A stretch of 64,000 nt of DNA from Lama glama (Eukaryota), in assembly GCA_028534125.1 (NCBI GenBank), contig CM052817.1:93436001-93500000 (forward strand). Reading direction: 5' to 3'. The number at the start of each line of letters is the position of its first letter. Within the stretch, counting starts at the first letter, position 1. Shown in pieces: positions 25,833 through 39,293 of the stretch. The position numbers were made by a program, and so were the translations under genes. A model generated the notes under the pieces. It ran no database searches. It saw only the letters and a program-made list of their open reading frames with translations, and was not told the origin of the DNA.

Positions 25833-27399
25833 ACTATCACGAGTTTACACTTTCCCGTTCTCCTTTCATACAGGTATTCCTGTGCGTTTATCATCTAGAA
25901 TCCTTCCCATTTTCACTGCCCAAATTCCTTTATTCTGAGTGTAGACGAGGAAAAACAAAGTGGTAAAAATACCAAAATTATTAAAACTTTTCTCAAGTAA
26001 CAAATTCTGTGTGTTTTCCAAAACATACTGAATATCTCTCTCACCTCCTACCACCATCATCGGTAAATAATGTTGTGAGACAGTAATTCGAAAGTAATAT
26101 CTTGGTTGTGTAAATAATACCTACTTCAGTAAGGCTTTGTGCTATTCTGATTCAATTTTTTTCAAGGATCTTTAGGTCCTGGAATCCCATAACCTAGTTT
26201 AATAACTTGTTGTAGAGTTAAAATAACCCTTTTGGGCAGGAAATTCTTTTTTCATGTCACGGTTTATTTGGTCATGCTGAACTTTAATCCTATTTTCTCT
26301 AGATTTGGCTTTTGTGCCCATTTTATAAAATGGGACTTGTGATCACTATTCTTACTTAGTATTTATTATAGGAAGAACTTCAAATCTTCAAAAATTCTAC
26401 TAGAAATATGTTTCCTTCTGAGTTCAATTTAATAGCGGGCAGAGGTTTTTAAAGAAACCCCACAAGAAACGTTACTTGAGGTAATTTTAACCATAAAATG
26501 GCCCCCGTCACAGATTCTGAGATCAGGATTCTGGTAACACGTATATGAATTCTGAACCTAATGTTAATGTGAATATCTTACACACATCCCAAGATGAATA
26601 ATTCCAATTCCAATAATTCACTTCTAGAAGGGTGAATGACCAGCTAACCTAGCTGACATAAAAACAGGGTCAAATTATAAAATTTGCTCCCTTTTGATTT
26701 TTAACAATATTCCATACTTTGTCTTGTCCCTGAGAAGCAGCTGGTCATCTAAAACCATCTGCTTTTTTGTGCTGGATAGAAAGATATCAACAGTCAAGGT
26801 GTTTCAAAGTCATTACCAAAGAAGAAACGTGTTTGAAACCTGGGAAATTGACAGAAAGGTACCCTGAAAATACATTCAGACACTTTCACTTTCAAGGACT
26901 ACTTCGTATTATAAAGCCAAGTGTAGTTACCGATACACTGAAAATAATTAATGCTAAAATCCCTCTATAGGCTGAGAAGAATTTGGGTCATCTCAGGGAT
27001 GGGATAATGTCTCTGTTAATTCTGCAAATCCCCTGAGATCCAGGTCAGAGATCTACACACTGCAGGAAAGGAAAACATCATTTTAAATAACGGTTGAAGA
27101 GGATGATTATGGTGACTACAATGATGGAATGCCTTTGAATTATGTCAATTCACCCAAAACAACGATTATCATTTGTAAAATATTATATGGAAAAATAAAT
27201 TCCAATAGCCTTGCAAATGATTTGAAAAATCAACCAAAGTGACTCAAAATCTGTGTTAGTACTTTCCTGGTAGCAGCTGAGTTTACCAATGGTAAAAATT
27301 CACATACAGATGTGAGTGTTATTTTATACAGTTTGTGCATGTATGTCATTCAGGTGTCACCCTTGATGCTTCTTTTAACCTCGACTACTTTATCCTATG

Positions 27400-28160
27400 G
27401 TTCACTTAGTTGCTTTTGTCTCCTAAGTATATCTAAAACCCAGCCACCTCTCTCCTTTCCACTGCTAATGTGCTGGTCCAGCCACCATCATCTGTGCTAC
27501 TTGCTTACTTCTAATCCCCTTAAGTCACGTCACATACTAGTTACTGTAATCATTTAAAAACACAAATAGACTTAAGTCTCTTCTCTATTGAAAGCCATTC
27601 AGTGGTTTCCTAAATCAGACAAAATTAAATTCAAATACCTTTAAAGCTGACCATGGGCTGACCCTACCCGTATCCCCAGCCTAACCTCTAACAAAGGACA
27701 TGCATGGTTTTGGTAGGTGCAACAGGCACCACTATTTGGCCCACCTCTTGTTAATGTGTTACTTTTTTCTTACTACCAAGAACACAATTTTGTTAGAATT
27801 GGCAATTTTCCCAGCCTTCCTCATGGTTAGATTTGGCCACCAGACTTCAGTCAATGAGAGACAAGAGGACGTATATGCTGAGGGACGTCCTTCAAGCTTC
27901 CAATTGAATATCACCTACTCAAAGACACTGTCCCTAATTATCCTTTATAAAATTAAGCTCCCTGCTGTTAATTTCTCAAAATCCTATTTCTTCTTAGCAC
28001 CGATTACGACTTGTAATTATATTGTGTCTGTTGGTTTGTTTATGTCTCTCTGACTCCTCTGCGAGCTCTGTGAGTAGTGACCACTTACGCCTATTGACGG
28101 CTGTACACTGTCATCTCTCACAGTAGGAGGTGATGTCAGTGGACAAGGGGATGAATAAAA
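27400..28160 (+). mobile_element. L2 3' fragment with a possible nested LTR piece (~27690-27870)
   Basis: L2-like motifs (ggtccagccaccatcatc, cattcagtggtttcc, ttcttcttagcac, gcgagctctgtgag) ending in gatgaata. Confidence 0.5.
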
Positions 28161-29539
28161 TAATTACTGTTATAAGCATCTACGTTATGAACTATATTAC
28201 AAATCCACCATGTCAACAGACATTTGTCTTATTATTTTTTTCTTTTGTTTAAGGCATGATGCTCGGTGATGTGGGAAACATAAAAGTAAGTACAGCATGC
28301 GCTTAAGAAACGCACAGACTTAGTGCAAAAGAGAAGCATGTACACAAATAACCATAAAGGGCGACAGGTGATATAAACATGGTGCAGAAAAAAAGAGAAA
28401 TCCCTAGTGACCGGAGTGTTAGGAAGATATCTTGGTAGAATGTCTAAGCTGACCATGAAGCGGAGTGTCATTTCAATAAAGGCAGTAGATGAGTGTGAGA
28501 GGGTGTGAGAAAAACAACAGGTCAGACAGAGGAGACTCAAAAGGCATTTCCAGAAAGTGTGGAAAGTTCTTTTTTTTAACCCATCCCCCCCCAAAAAAGA
28601 TGCAAAAAAAATATTATTCCTATTTGTTTGCTTCTTGTAACACCTTACCTTGAGGTAACACCTGATGATGACCCAATGTGTCCTAAGGAATAAGGGTAAC
28701 TGTGCTTTAATAAGGCTGATTTAAGGAATCACAGTACAGAGATGGAAGGAGAGAGACAGAAGAAACTGGATGTGGTGTCCTGCACAAGTTCCATCAAAAT
28801 CTTCAGTGGGGAGAGGGGTGGGGAAGGGAGGTTGGAGTAATTAACACAATTAAAAATTAAGTATGTCCAAATTGGGAATTAATAAAGCCAAAGAAATAAA
28901 GAAATCAATTATGAGTGTAAGAACACAGATGATTAGATATTTAACAAAAAGGTAAAAGGAGAAAAAAATGCAGAAACTACAGCTTACAGTACGTGTGAAG
29001 GGTTAAAGTAACGTATCTCTGAATGCAGGTAAGTCTATGAACTCCCTGTAGTTCTTTTATTTTCTAAACACCATTTGGCTATGTTGTAGCCCAAGTGCCA
29101 TTACCAGAGGGGAGGTACAGAAAGAGAGCTTAGAATCAACTGTGGTAACCTGTGAGAGGGTCCAGGATTACAAATGTGTGCACACATGTAAATACACACA
29201 CATACACGCAACATGTATGTGTGACAAATTTTAAATTACTATAAGAATGAGTTGCAGTGAATTGTCTGTATCATTTGTATATATTGATTTATGAAAGTTT
29301 CAGGACATTTCATAATTGTACCATGTAATTAACATAAATGGAGGGGATACATGTGACACATATGTGTACACACAGACAGGTATAGGATATATTATATATT
29401 ATATAAAGCTACATTAGATATGCATATATTCATAACAGACACTCAGATATATTTCAAAATATGTTCTGTGTCTCACAGACCACTCTTACCTCCTCTGTAT
29501 TTGGCCTTTACTGTGCTTCTGAGGGGTAAATAATACCAT

Positions 29540-29970
29540 TGTTCCCATTGCACATTGTTTAGATATGGAGGTAAACGTAGAGAGATGACATAACTTGCCT
29601 ACAGAAATAGGGTCAGTTAGTGCTCAGAGCCAAGCAGAACCAAGATGTTAAAGCTCACTGAGTCTAGGGATCTTTCTATTACATTTAGAACAGCACGAAG
29701 ATAGCGCATCCTAGAGCGGATGGAAGAATGATTAAGGTGGTGTCTCATATATAATGCCGCCTGGATTTATACATCACATTTTTAGATATGATCTCATTTG
29801 TCTTCCAACAACCCTGAAAGATAAGTAGGGCCAGTAGTTTCGTCTGCATTTTCCAAGATGGATTATCTGAGGCAGGGAAGGGTGAAGTCACAGAGAGCCA
29901 CTGAGCTCTGCAGAGACCACACTAGACTCCAGGTGTCTGTTTCCTCCTCAGGGCTCCTTCTACTGATTTG
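29540..29970 (-). mobile_element. Two MIR fragments
   Basis: ttttagatatggaggtaaac...taacttgcc and atctcatttgtcttccaacaaccctg...tctgaggcagg. Confidence 0.55.
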
Positions 29971-30176
29971 GACAACAGAATCCCCTGAGTAGAGGTGGTG
30001 GGGAGATGGGGAGTGAGACTGGATAGATTCCAGAAAAGGATATAGCTCTTTCTAACATCTCTTTCTGGTGCCTCTGCCCACAGGAATATGAGAGAACAGT
30101 TAACGAGATTTTAAATGAGGCTTTTCCTGTTGCTCCAAATTAGTGATTAATGCTTAGTTTTAAGAATGGAAAGAAT

Positions 30177-31151
30177 TGGGGTGCAGGTGTCTTTTTCAAG
30201 TAGGGTTCCTTCTGGATATATGCCCAGGAGCAGGATTCCTGGGTCATACGGTAAGTCTATTCCTAGTCTTTTGAGGAATCTCCATACTGTTTTCCACAGT
30301 GGCTGCACCAAACTGCACTCCCACCAGCAGTATAGGAGGGTTCCCTTTTCTCCACACCCTCTCCAGCATTTGTCATTTGTGGACTTTTGAATGATGGCCA
30401 TTCTGACTGGTGTGAGGTGATACCTCATGGTAGTTTTGATTTGCATTTCTCTGATAATTAGTGATAGTGAGCATTTTTTCATGTGCTTTTTGATCATTTG
30501 TATTTCTTTCTTGGAGAATTGCTTGTTTAGGCCTTCTGCCCATTTTTGGATTGGGTTGTTTGTTTTTTTCTTATTAAGTCATATGAGCAGCACTATTTAC
30601 AATAGCCAAGACATGGAAACAGAGTAAATGTCCATCAACAGATGACTGGATAAAGAAGATGTGGTATAGTTATACAATGGAATACTATTCAGCCATAAAA
30701 ATGACAACATAATGCCATTTGCAGCAACATGGATGTCCCTGGAGAATATCATTCTAAGTGAAGTAAGCCAGAAAGAGAAAGAGAAATACCATATGAGATA
30801 GCTCATATGTGGAATCTTAAAAAAAAGAAAAAATGAACATAAATACAAAATGGAAACAGACTCATAGACATAGAATACAAACTTGTGGTTGCCGGGGGGA
30901 GGGTGGTGGGAAGGGACAGACTAAGATTTCAAAATTTGTAGATACTGACAGGCATATGCAGAATAGATAAACAAGATTATATTGTATAGCACAGGGAAAT
31001 ATATACAAGATCTTGTGGTAGCTAACAGTGAAAAAAAAATGTAACAATGAATATATGTATGTTCATGTGTAACTGAAAAAGTGTGCTCTACACTGGAATC
31101 TGACACAACATTGTAAAACTACTGTAACTCAATAAAAAAAGTTAAAAAAAA
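30177..31151 (+). mobile_element. 5'-inverted (twin-primed) L1: inverted ORF2 part on minus 30177-~30588, 3' part on plus ~30586-31151
   Basis: Minus [35 protein letters not shown]...DTCTP; plus strand carries the ORF2 end, 3' UTR, AATAAA and A-tail. 15-bp TSD aagaatgg(a/g)aagaat at 30162-30176 and 31152-31166. Confidence 0.95.
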
Positions 31152-33361
31152 AAGAATGGGAAGAATATAAGTACCCCACATTCTAAAGAGAACTACAAAC
31201 AATAAGGGCTTCTCATCTTCGGAGCTTCTTAAGGCAGCTGAAGTCGTCCTACTCCCCCCAAACATCACCCTAGCCTCCGGACTCCACTTACCTGTCCATT
31301 AAAAAAAAATTGGGAAAGGATAAAGGGTAAAGGGAAGGGTTTGTCCCCATCAAACAAGCTAAATAAGAGAGATCTGAGATTGGGATGCTAGCATCTCTCT
31401 GTTTCCCCTACTGCAGGGTACCTCGATCTTCCCTGTACCTACTTAAGCAAAGGAAAAGGGAATCAACCGAAGATCAAAGGTGGAAGGAGACGATTTTGGC
31501 ACCCCAGCTTGTGCTTCCACTACTTGGTTCCTAAGGTCAAGTGGGCATCTTGGGAGAAGTAGACTGGAACCACCTTTCCAGCAACCCACAAAAAAGGGCT
31601 GCAAGCTAGATGAGAACCTCAAGCAGCAAGAGGCTACAGGGCACATGAACAGGATCAGGTTCAGGAACCCGTGCAAAAGGTATGGTCCCCTCATCCCCCA
31701 AGAGACCTCCAACAAACTCATACACGCCCCCGACCAGAGAGCCAGCTATGCAAGAGCGACGAAGCATGAGCCTGGGGACCAGCAGTAACTGACAAGAGGA
31801 AAATGACAACTGCTCCAGTCAGGAAAGGGGCAATGGTTCTTCCTCCTTTTCCTTTTCTCCCCATCTGAGCATGCAAGGAAAACGAGAGGAATAAAAGTGT
31901 CCTAAGCCGAGTGAACTCATCCTGCCCTGAGCTCGCAGGTGAAAGACCTGTAGGAGGGGACAGGAGGTGTGGACAAGCAAGCCATGCCCCTCCCAATGGA
32001 GCAAGGGACTCGAGCTTGGCCATTGAAAGGGAAAGTTCTGTAAAAGAAATGAAATTGGAATTTTCAAGTGGGCAGAATCTGAGTAACAGGAAATGACTTG
32101 AGAGTTACGGCATCTGCCCAAGATGTCGCGAAAGGATCTGCTATCCAGCTGGGAAGGGGAATTTGACATAGCACAATGGGGGAGCAATGACTGGTGAAAA
32201 ATAAAACCATACCGTGTGTGTTCCCTGCTGAGCCAGGCCTTCTCAGTAAACTAGACACACACAGATGCAAAAATCAACTGAGACCAGGGAAGCTTTAGCA
32301 GTGAAAGGAGGATATTATTTATGCTTCTCTACAGAAATGATTTACTGGAATAAAAACAACCCATAAGTAATGGGCAAAGGGAAAACTACAAAGAAATGAA
32401 CAACCACAGCCCTCTTTTGCAACAGAACCTGCAGTTTTCGGATTCCTACCTTTACATTCAGACATGGGCAGTGCACACTGAAGAATCTAGAGAGGTTTAC
32501 ACTCAGCACTACAAGAAACATTTATTTCAGACATGTGGCTACATCAATTAAATGCAATGTGTACTCACAACATTAGTCATTTCACACAGCGGCTCATTAT
32601 AATGCATGTGCCTTGCTAAAGCAGCCAAGATTCAGTGAGGCATAAAACCACAAAGCATCATTATAGATCATACATCACTATTTTTAAAAAACATTAAATT
32701 TCTACAATGGTTTTCTTCAAGTTACTAATAATGGCCTAGATAATCAAATATTTCCCTCTCTCCATTTGACCTTGCATCCTCATTATATAAATTGACCCTA
32801 TCATTACCTTAATTCAACAATAATTTTTAAAAGTGTTTTCCTATATTACAAAATGACAACCATAATTTTTGCATAAAATTTTAAAGAATAAATGGTGCTA
32901 ATAAAATATTATTAGAGGCAGCTATTTCTAATTTGAAAGACTCATTAATTAAGTTTCTGCATGAGAATAAGTAAGATAAATTTCATATATGAAAAAGGAG
33001 AAATAAAGTGCAAAGTGATTATACAAATGACTATTTTAGGGTTATGTAGGCAAACTGTCACTCAATAATCTCCATGCAGTCAGCATTATTACTCACGGTG
33101 TCCAATGCACTGAAAATCAGAGAATTCAGGGTGAATTCACATCAGCTCAATTGAACAAAGATTTTCTCAGTGCATCCTACAAGGGATACAATGTGCTGAG
33201 CGTTGATCTAGACTCAGAAAGGCAAAGATAAATAAGACATAGTCAATATGGAGGAAAGAGTGGAATAAATGTAAATGTCCTACAGTTTGAGGGTTTCACC
33301 ATCAGCAAAATGTTATATAATAAACAATGTATTTCCTGCCTAAAGCAAGTTGTGTATTTCC

Positions 33362-33875
33362 TGCATCGATCAGGGCTCAGGAAGAAACAGGTGGTGCACT
33401 CAAAATTGTTTAACTGAAGAGGATTAAAGGAAAGGACTGTTTATAGAGTCACAAGAGGGTCAGGAATGTAAGAAGGGCCGGCTAGGGAAGCACCAGGGAA
33501 CGTAGCCACAGCGGTCGGTCCTCAACACCACTAGTGGGAAGCGAGAGGGGAGGGGCCGCATTTGCTGGGGATCTGCAAAGCGATGGAGCCAGGAATAGTT
33601 CTGCAGGACTGGACAGGAGCTGTGGCAGGAGAGGAAAGCAGAGAATTTCAGAACCTGAGCAAGGCTGAGGAATGGGAACGAGGGCTGTAAATTGTCAGAT
33701 TTCTCTCTCCCTCATGCCCTGATTTCCGGCAAGACCTCGCATTCAGACTCTTGGTAAAACTGAAAGCAAGAAAGCTCAGGTCTTGAAATGAGACAGGCCA
33801 GAGCAGGGCAGAAAAGCGGGGGAGAAGAACGGCTGTGGAGCAGGACAGATGGAGGCACAGTAAACAGGAAAACAC
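33362..33875 (-). mobile_element. ERVL-type solo LTR (LTR33/41-like)
   Basis: tgcatcgatcagggctcaggaagaaacaggtggtgcactcaaa is the reverse complement of this family's 3' terminus. Confidence 0.5.
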
Positions 33876-36479
33876 TCTGTTAATATAGAGTTTAGAATAG
33901 GGTAAACCAGACTTTGCTTAATTGATATTTTGGGGCTTCAGAAGCCTGTTTTGGTAACGAAATAAGATATGACGCTTAATACAGAAAAACTTAGAGATTT
34001 CAAATACTGTATTAAAATACTGTGGTCCTTCAGGCATCTGATAAGATGACATTGAGAGTCCACATGACTAACCTGTAAATTAAAGAAAAAGGTGCCAAAC
34101 AATATGAGCTTCCTTCTGCCTGGTGCTGCTTGGAGCAGGATACATAGATCTCAACTTCGGTACAGGAGGCAGATTCTTCTTCCTAATTCAGTGCTGAGAT
34201 CCTCACCTCCATCTTTCCTTGTTTTAAGAGAACAACTCTGTCCCACGTTAGGCACCTAAGTGACATTATTGTACACACCTTTGGTAATTCAGGAAACATA
34301 GGGAAGAAAATAAGGAGAGCTAGCAAATACATAATTCAGATTCAGTGAGATACTTTTATTAAGGACACACAAGGATTAAATGGATTTAGGATTAGGGAAG
34401 CGAGAGTGAGTCATAAGAGTTGCATTTGAAGCATGGAAGGATTTACCCCAAATATTTACATCATCACAGCTCCATTAATGAAGATTTGGTGGAGGGGATG
34501 AAATGTTAAGAGCTGTTTCACTGAAGGCCTGAGAAGTTTTCTTGATTATTAACAAGGCCATGGACAGACTCTTCTCAATAATTCTTGGCTTTTGTGATAT
34601 CATTGAATTCCTTGGAGTTGATATCTGTAATTTCCTTCTTTAGTTAGTTTTTTTTCTTCTTATTTTTTGTGACTCCATTCATGACAGGGACTGTGTTTTT
34701 AAATGTAAAGGAAAAGGGTGAAGGCTTTTGCCAAAGGGGTGATGAACAAGGCCATGGCTGGTCTCATGAATAAGGAGATAATGATAACAAAGAACATGCT
34801 CTAGGACTTCTCTCTGAGTAACTGGCTGCCCCTCTATGTCATAGAAACAAGGAACACAGGCTATTCTTCCAGGAATCTGGTGGGGATTTTGGTCATGCTG
34901 GCTGGCTGCATCACTTTATGTCTTGAGGCTTGATTCTCTGGAGATAACATGTGTATGTCAAAGGAAATAAAAGGGAGATGCAAAAACATAATTACCCTGA
35001 TATCTTAGTATTGGTTACAAATGAAATCTAGATGCATGAAAATAAGACAAAATTCTATTTTTTAGATCATTCAATCTAAATAGAAATCACTGTAGAAACT
35101 TCAACAAACTTCAAATGTTAACTGGCCCATTATATTGGAGGCCTTCATAATTAACAAGGTCTAATAATTAGTTCAGCACAATTTCATTAAGAGCTGTGAA
35201 TAAGCTGGTAATTTACAATGGTAATAGATACCATATAAGCATATTTAGAAGCAAAAAGAATATTCCCTGGGATCAGTTAGGAAGGTCTGGGGTAGAAAAG
35301 ACTTTTGTTGATTTTTCACTTAATGGACTGATAGTGCCCTCAGTCCTGACAGCGGCCCTGTGCTATGGGAGACGGTCATTCAAAACCCTGTTATCTGAAA
35401 GGTACTAACAGACCACCTGGAGTTCTTAATTCAGGGGAGTGCAATGGCTGGGATGCAGAATGTGAATTAAATTTTAAAAATACTTTGGAAATACCCTTAA
35501 ACTAACAACACACTGGTTAATGCAAGAATCCTCATTTTCATGTTTTCTCCCAGGGAAAATGCTGATTGACTGCCTAATAACTTCCCTCAACCAACCCCTT
35601 CTTTCGAATCTTTTGAATTTTGTGAGACAATACTGTTCAGACCATGTTTCTGCCAAGGTCCCTGGTCTCAGCTTCAACAAATGGTGTTAATTTATTCTTG
35701 TATCACATGACAGCCCAAGAAGGAATATAATGTTTTTATTATAAAATAGAATTATCTACATTTGGATTTCTTCTAATTTGCTTCTCTAAAATGAATATTC
35801 TACATCTTTTATTGATTAACATTTTAGATTAGTTTATTTATATATATATGTATAGGTGCATATTGCAGTCATGAAGGGTGGTTGAATTTGACTGCATTAT
35901 ATCCTTCTCTCCTTAGTTATTTCCATCTCTATCCAGAAATGAGAGCTCAGTAGTTCTTGTATGGTTAATAGTTTGCATGATTTTGCCTACCTTGGTTCAA
36001 GTAAATTAAAGATGGAGGAGTGAACTTTCCTTAGCACACAACTCCCTAGAACTTACAGATACAAAATAACTCATTAAAACAAAGGTCACTGTTCTTGCTT
36101 CTGGAAGGAAAGCAGCTAATTTCTCATACATCTTCCAAGTTAACACTATAACATAAGAGTCATATAGCATAAAAATAAATGGTTTGGTGTCAAATGATGA
36201 TTCTCCTCTTTATCTTATTGCTTATCAATGAATGTTATCAATCTCACACTGAGTTAAATTCTGCTATTTTCAGTAGTGCCATTTTCAATTTAAATGCAGT
36301 TTCTCCAAAACCAAATAATAATCCCTTTCTTTTCCAATATTCAAAATTTTGGACAATGACATCCCTATGCCCTTGGTCAGTCATGTAACATTAGTAATTA
36401 TTGTCTTTTTCCTTTGTGTTCTGTATAATAACTGATGCCTACATACCATAGAACCGCTTATGAAAACGAAAGTTGTACG

Positions 36480-36950
36480 TGTTTACTTGTTCATTCAAAA
36501 ACCATACAATCTGAAAGGCAGTGGGGCTACAGAGTGGCTAAAGATACTACCTGTAAGTCAAAGGCATATGATCTAGGTGTGTAAAGAAACAAAATGTTCA
36601 AACTACCCAAGCAATTGGTGGAATGTATGTTTGTACAAACTGTTACGGCAATCAGAGAAAACAGTGACCTAAATTCAGGGAAAAAGACGTCAAGAGAGGC
36701 TTCCCAAAGAAGCTGCACAGGAAACAGCAGACAGATAAGTGATTGATGAAAGGGAAAAGAGACTGCAGAGGAACACAGACATGACAGGACGTCCAATCAC
36801 CCAAGAAAAATAAGCCTTTGGGGGAAAATCAGGATTCCAGGTGAGTGAGGGGGAGTGAAAGAAGACACTGCTGAGATAATAAGCCTGCATCACTTCAAGG
36901 AGAGAAGCTAAGGAGCTCGGATGTTTCTTACAGTGATGGTGAGAGAGGAG
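36480..36950 (-). mobile_element. L2 fragment
   Basis: Starts ttacttgttcattcaaaa, with tcaagagaggcttccc and aaggagctcggatgtt motifs. Confidence 0.5.
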
Positions 36951-38793
36951 GAGGCAGAGGAGGAGGGGCCAACAGGAAGGAAAGAAGGAAAGAGGAAAAA
37001 AGGAGAAAGAAAAGTAGGGGATGTTGGAATTTGTCAGCTGCCTTAGAGTCCCCGGGAGTGATACTTGTTCAGGCAGACCTAGAACGTGGTGCTGAGTATC
37101 ATTTGAACTCTTGGGGGTCTGATTTTTACCCCCTTGTTCTCAGACAGATTCTTCCCAAGAAACAAGAGTGCTGAGAACATCATCTTATTGGCTAAGAAGG
37201 AGGGCTTCCTCCTCCGATGTTTCCAGGAAAAACAAAATCTTGAAAGATCAGGTAATGTCTCATTGGCTTGGCTTCGGCCCCATGCCTATAAAATCTCTGA
37301 CAGAACATATTGATATGCCAGTAGGAGTAGAATTGATTATTTAGCCAATATTGCAGTTTATATTCATTTTCTTATTTACACCTCTTTTTAGAAATGAGAA
37401 AACCTGATACCCAGGGTTAAATCCTCAAGGTCTTCACAAGCGACCAATATCCAAATCCATGTCCGTTCATCCCCAATGTCCATGTTCTAGATAAAAATAA
37501 ATGCCTTCATAATAGTCAATCACCAGGCTGGGACACTGTTCAACAGTGTGCGCTGAAAAATGCCCCACTCTCATGAAGCACACCAACCTCTGCACAATGA
37601 GTCCCCATGGAGGTTGCATAGAGTTCTGAATCTCTTTGAGATTTTCCTTAAAAATAAATCACCTTGATAAAAGTAGTTCAGACTCTGAATAGATACCCAA
37701 GCCTTATATCTACATAACACAATGCTGTACGTTGAAGAAAAGTAAAGATTAAAAAAAAAAATACAGGCAGCAAATACCACTTGGATTGGGCTCTGCAAAG
37801 GAAGAGGGCAGAGAGTCTTGGCAGGTGTTTCAATGATGGGCAGGTTTCCCTTTAAAGCCCTGAATTCCTTTCCAGTCTGAGTTCTGACACTTGGTAGCAC
37901 TGTGTACCTGACTGAGCACCTGACACATCCCAGAGAACAAGTAAGTAAGGCTGATGACATCTTTCCCATTCCTCTCATCAGCAAGTGTGTCTTCTCCAGG
38001 AAGGAGTTTTAGCTCAGTTTTCGCGTATCAGAACTGAACGCCTGAGGATCTCTACCCCTGCTGCCTTGGTATCACCACAAATAGTATCTCACACGATGGT
38101 TTAAGTAGATTTTACCCCGATATCAGCCCGGGACCAAGTCTTACCCTCAGTATCTGCCTACAAGTAAATAAATAAATATAAGGGCTTGAAGTCTCTTCTG
38201 GACTTGAAATACAGAAGGTTTTAAACTGAATCATTTCTTTCCTTGGCCAAAACAGGGGCCAGTCTCAAATCGCTGCAGGCTCTAACAATTACAATTGTGA
38301 AAATCTGACTATGCTACACAGCATAGTGGAAAGAACTCTGATTGAAGAGCCCAGACCTGTATGCGCCATAAATTCTCCTTCTGCATCCATACTGAATGGA
38401 TTGGTGCTCTTTCATAAAGCAGAAAGTGTTTGAGGAGATGAATTGAGTAACAGCATTTGACCTTTTAAGGTGCTGAAATCCTAAGATCATAAATCTCAAG
38501 CACTTAGAGAAAAATATATTTTAGCGAAATTGCCAGAATTTCTCCCTTTGAGACCTAAACTATACAAGTAAAAACACTCTGGTGGTGAAATGTAATAGGT
38601 ATCTAGACAATAAATATTATTTACCATGTTATTTATGGTCATTTAAAATGCAGTGAGTAATTAGCACACAGACCCTGGAGCTAAAGTGTCCTGGTTTATA
38701 GCCAAACATTTTCTACTTAAGAGTTTTGTACCTCTCTGAGTCTCCATTTTTTCATCTGGAAAATAGGGACCATATTCATAGAATCTGTCTCTT

Positions 38794-39293
38794 NNNNNNN
38801 NNNNNNNNNNNNNNNNNNNNNNNNNNNNNNNNNNNNNNNNNNNNNNNNNNNNNNNNNNNNNNNNNNNNNNNNNNNNNNNNNNNNNNNNNNNNNNNNNNNN
38901 NNNNNNNNNNNNNNNNNNNNNNNNNNNNNNNNNNNNNNNNNNNNNNNNNNNNNNNNNNNNNNNNNNNNNNNNNNNNNNNNNNNNNNNNNNNNNNNNNNNN
39001 NNNNNNNNNNNNNNNNNNNNNNNNNNNNNNNNNNNNNNNNNNNNNNNNNNNNNNNNNNNNNNNNNNNNNNNNNNNNNNNNNNNNNNNNNNNNNNNNNNNN
39101 NNNNNNNNNNNNNNNNNNNNNNNNNNNNNNNNNNNNNNNNNNNNNNNNNNNNNNNNNNNNNNNNNNNNNNNNNNNNNNNNNNNNNNNNNNNNNNNNNNNN
39201 NNNNNNNNNNNNNNNNNNNNNNNNNNNNNNNNNNNNNNNNNNNNNNNNNNNNNNNNNNNNNNNNNNNNNNNNNNNNNNNNNNNNNNNNNNNNN
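38794..39293. other. Assembly gap (500 N)
   Basis: Seen directly; the left flank is a MIR fragment (~38650-38793). Confidence 1.
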
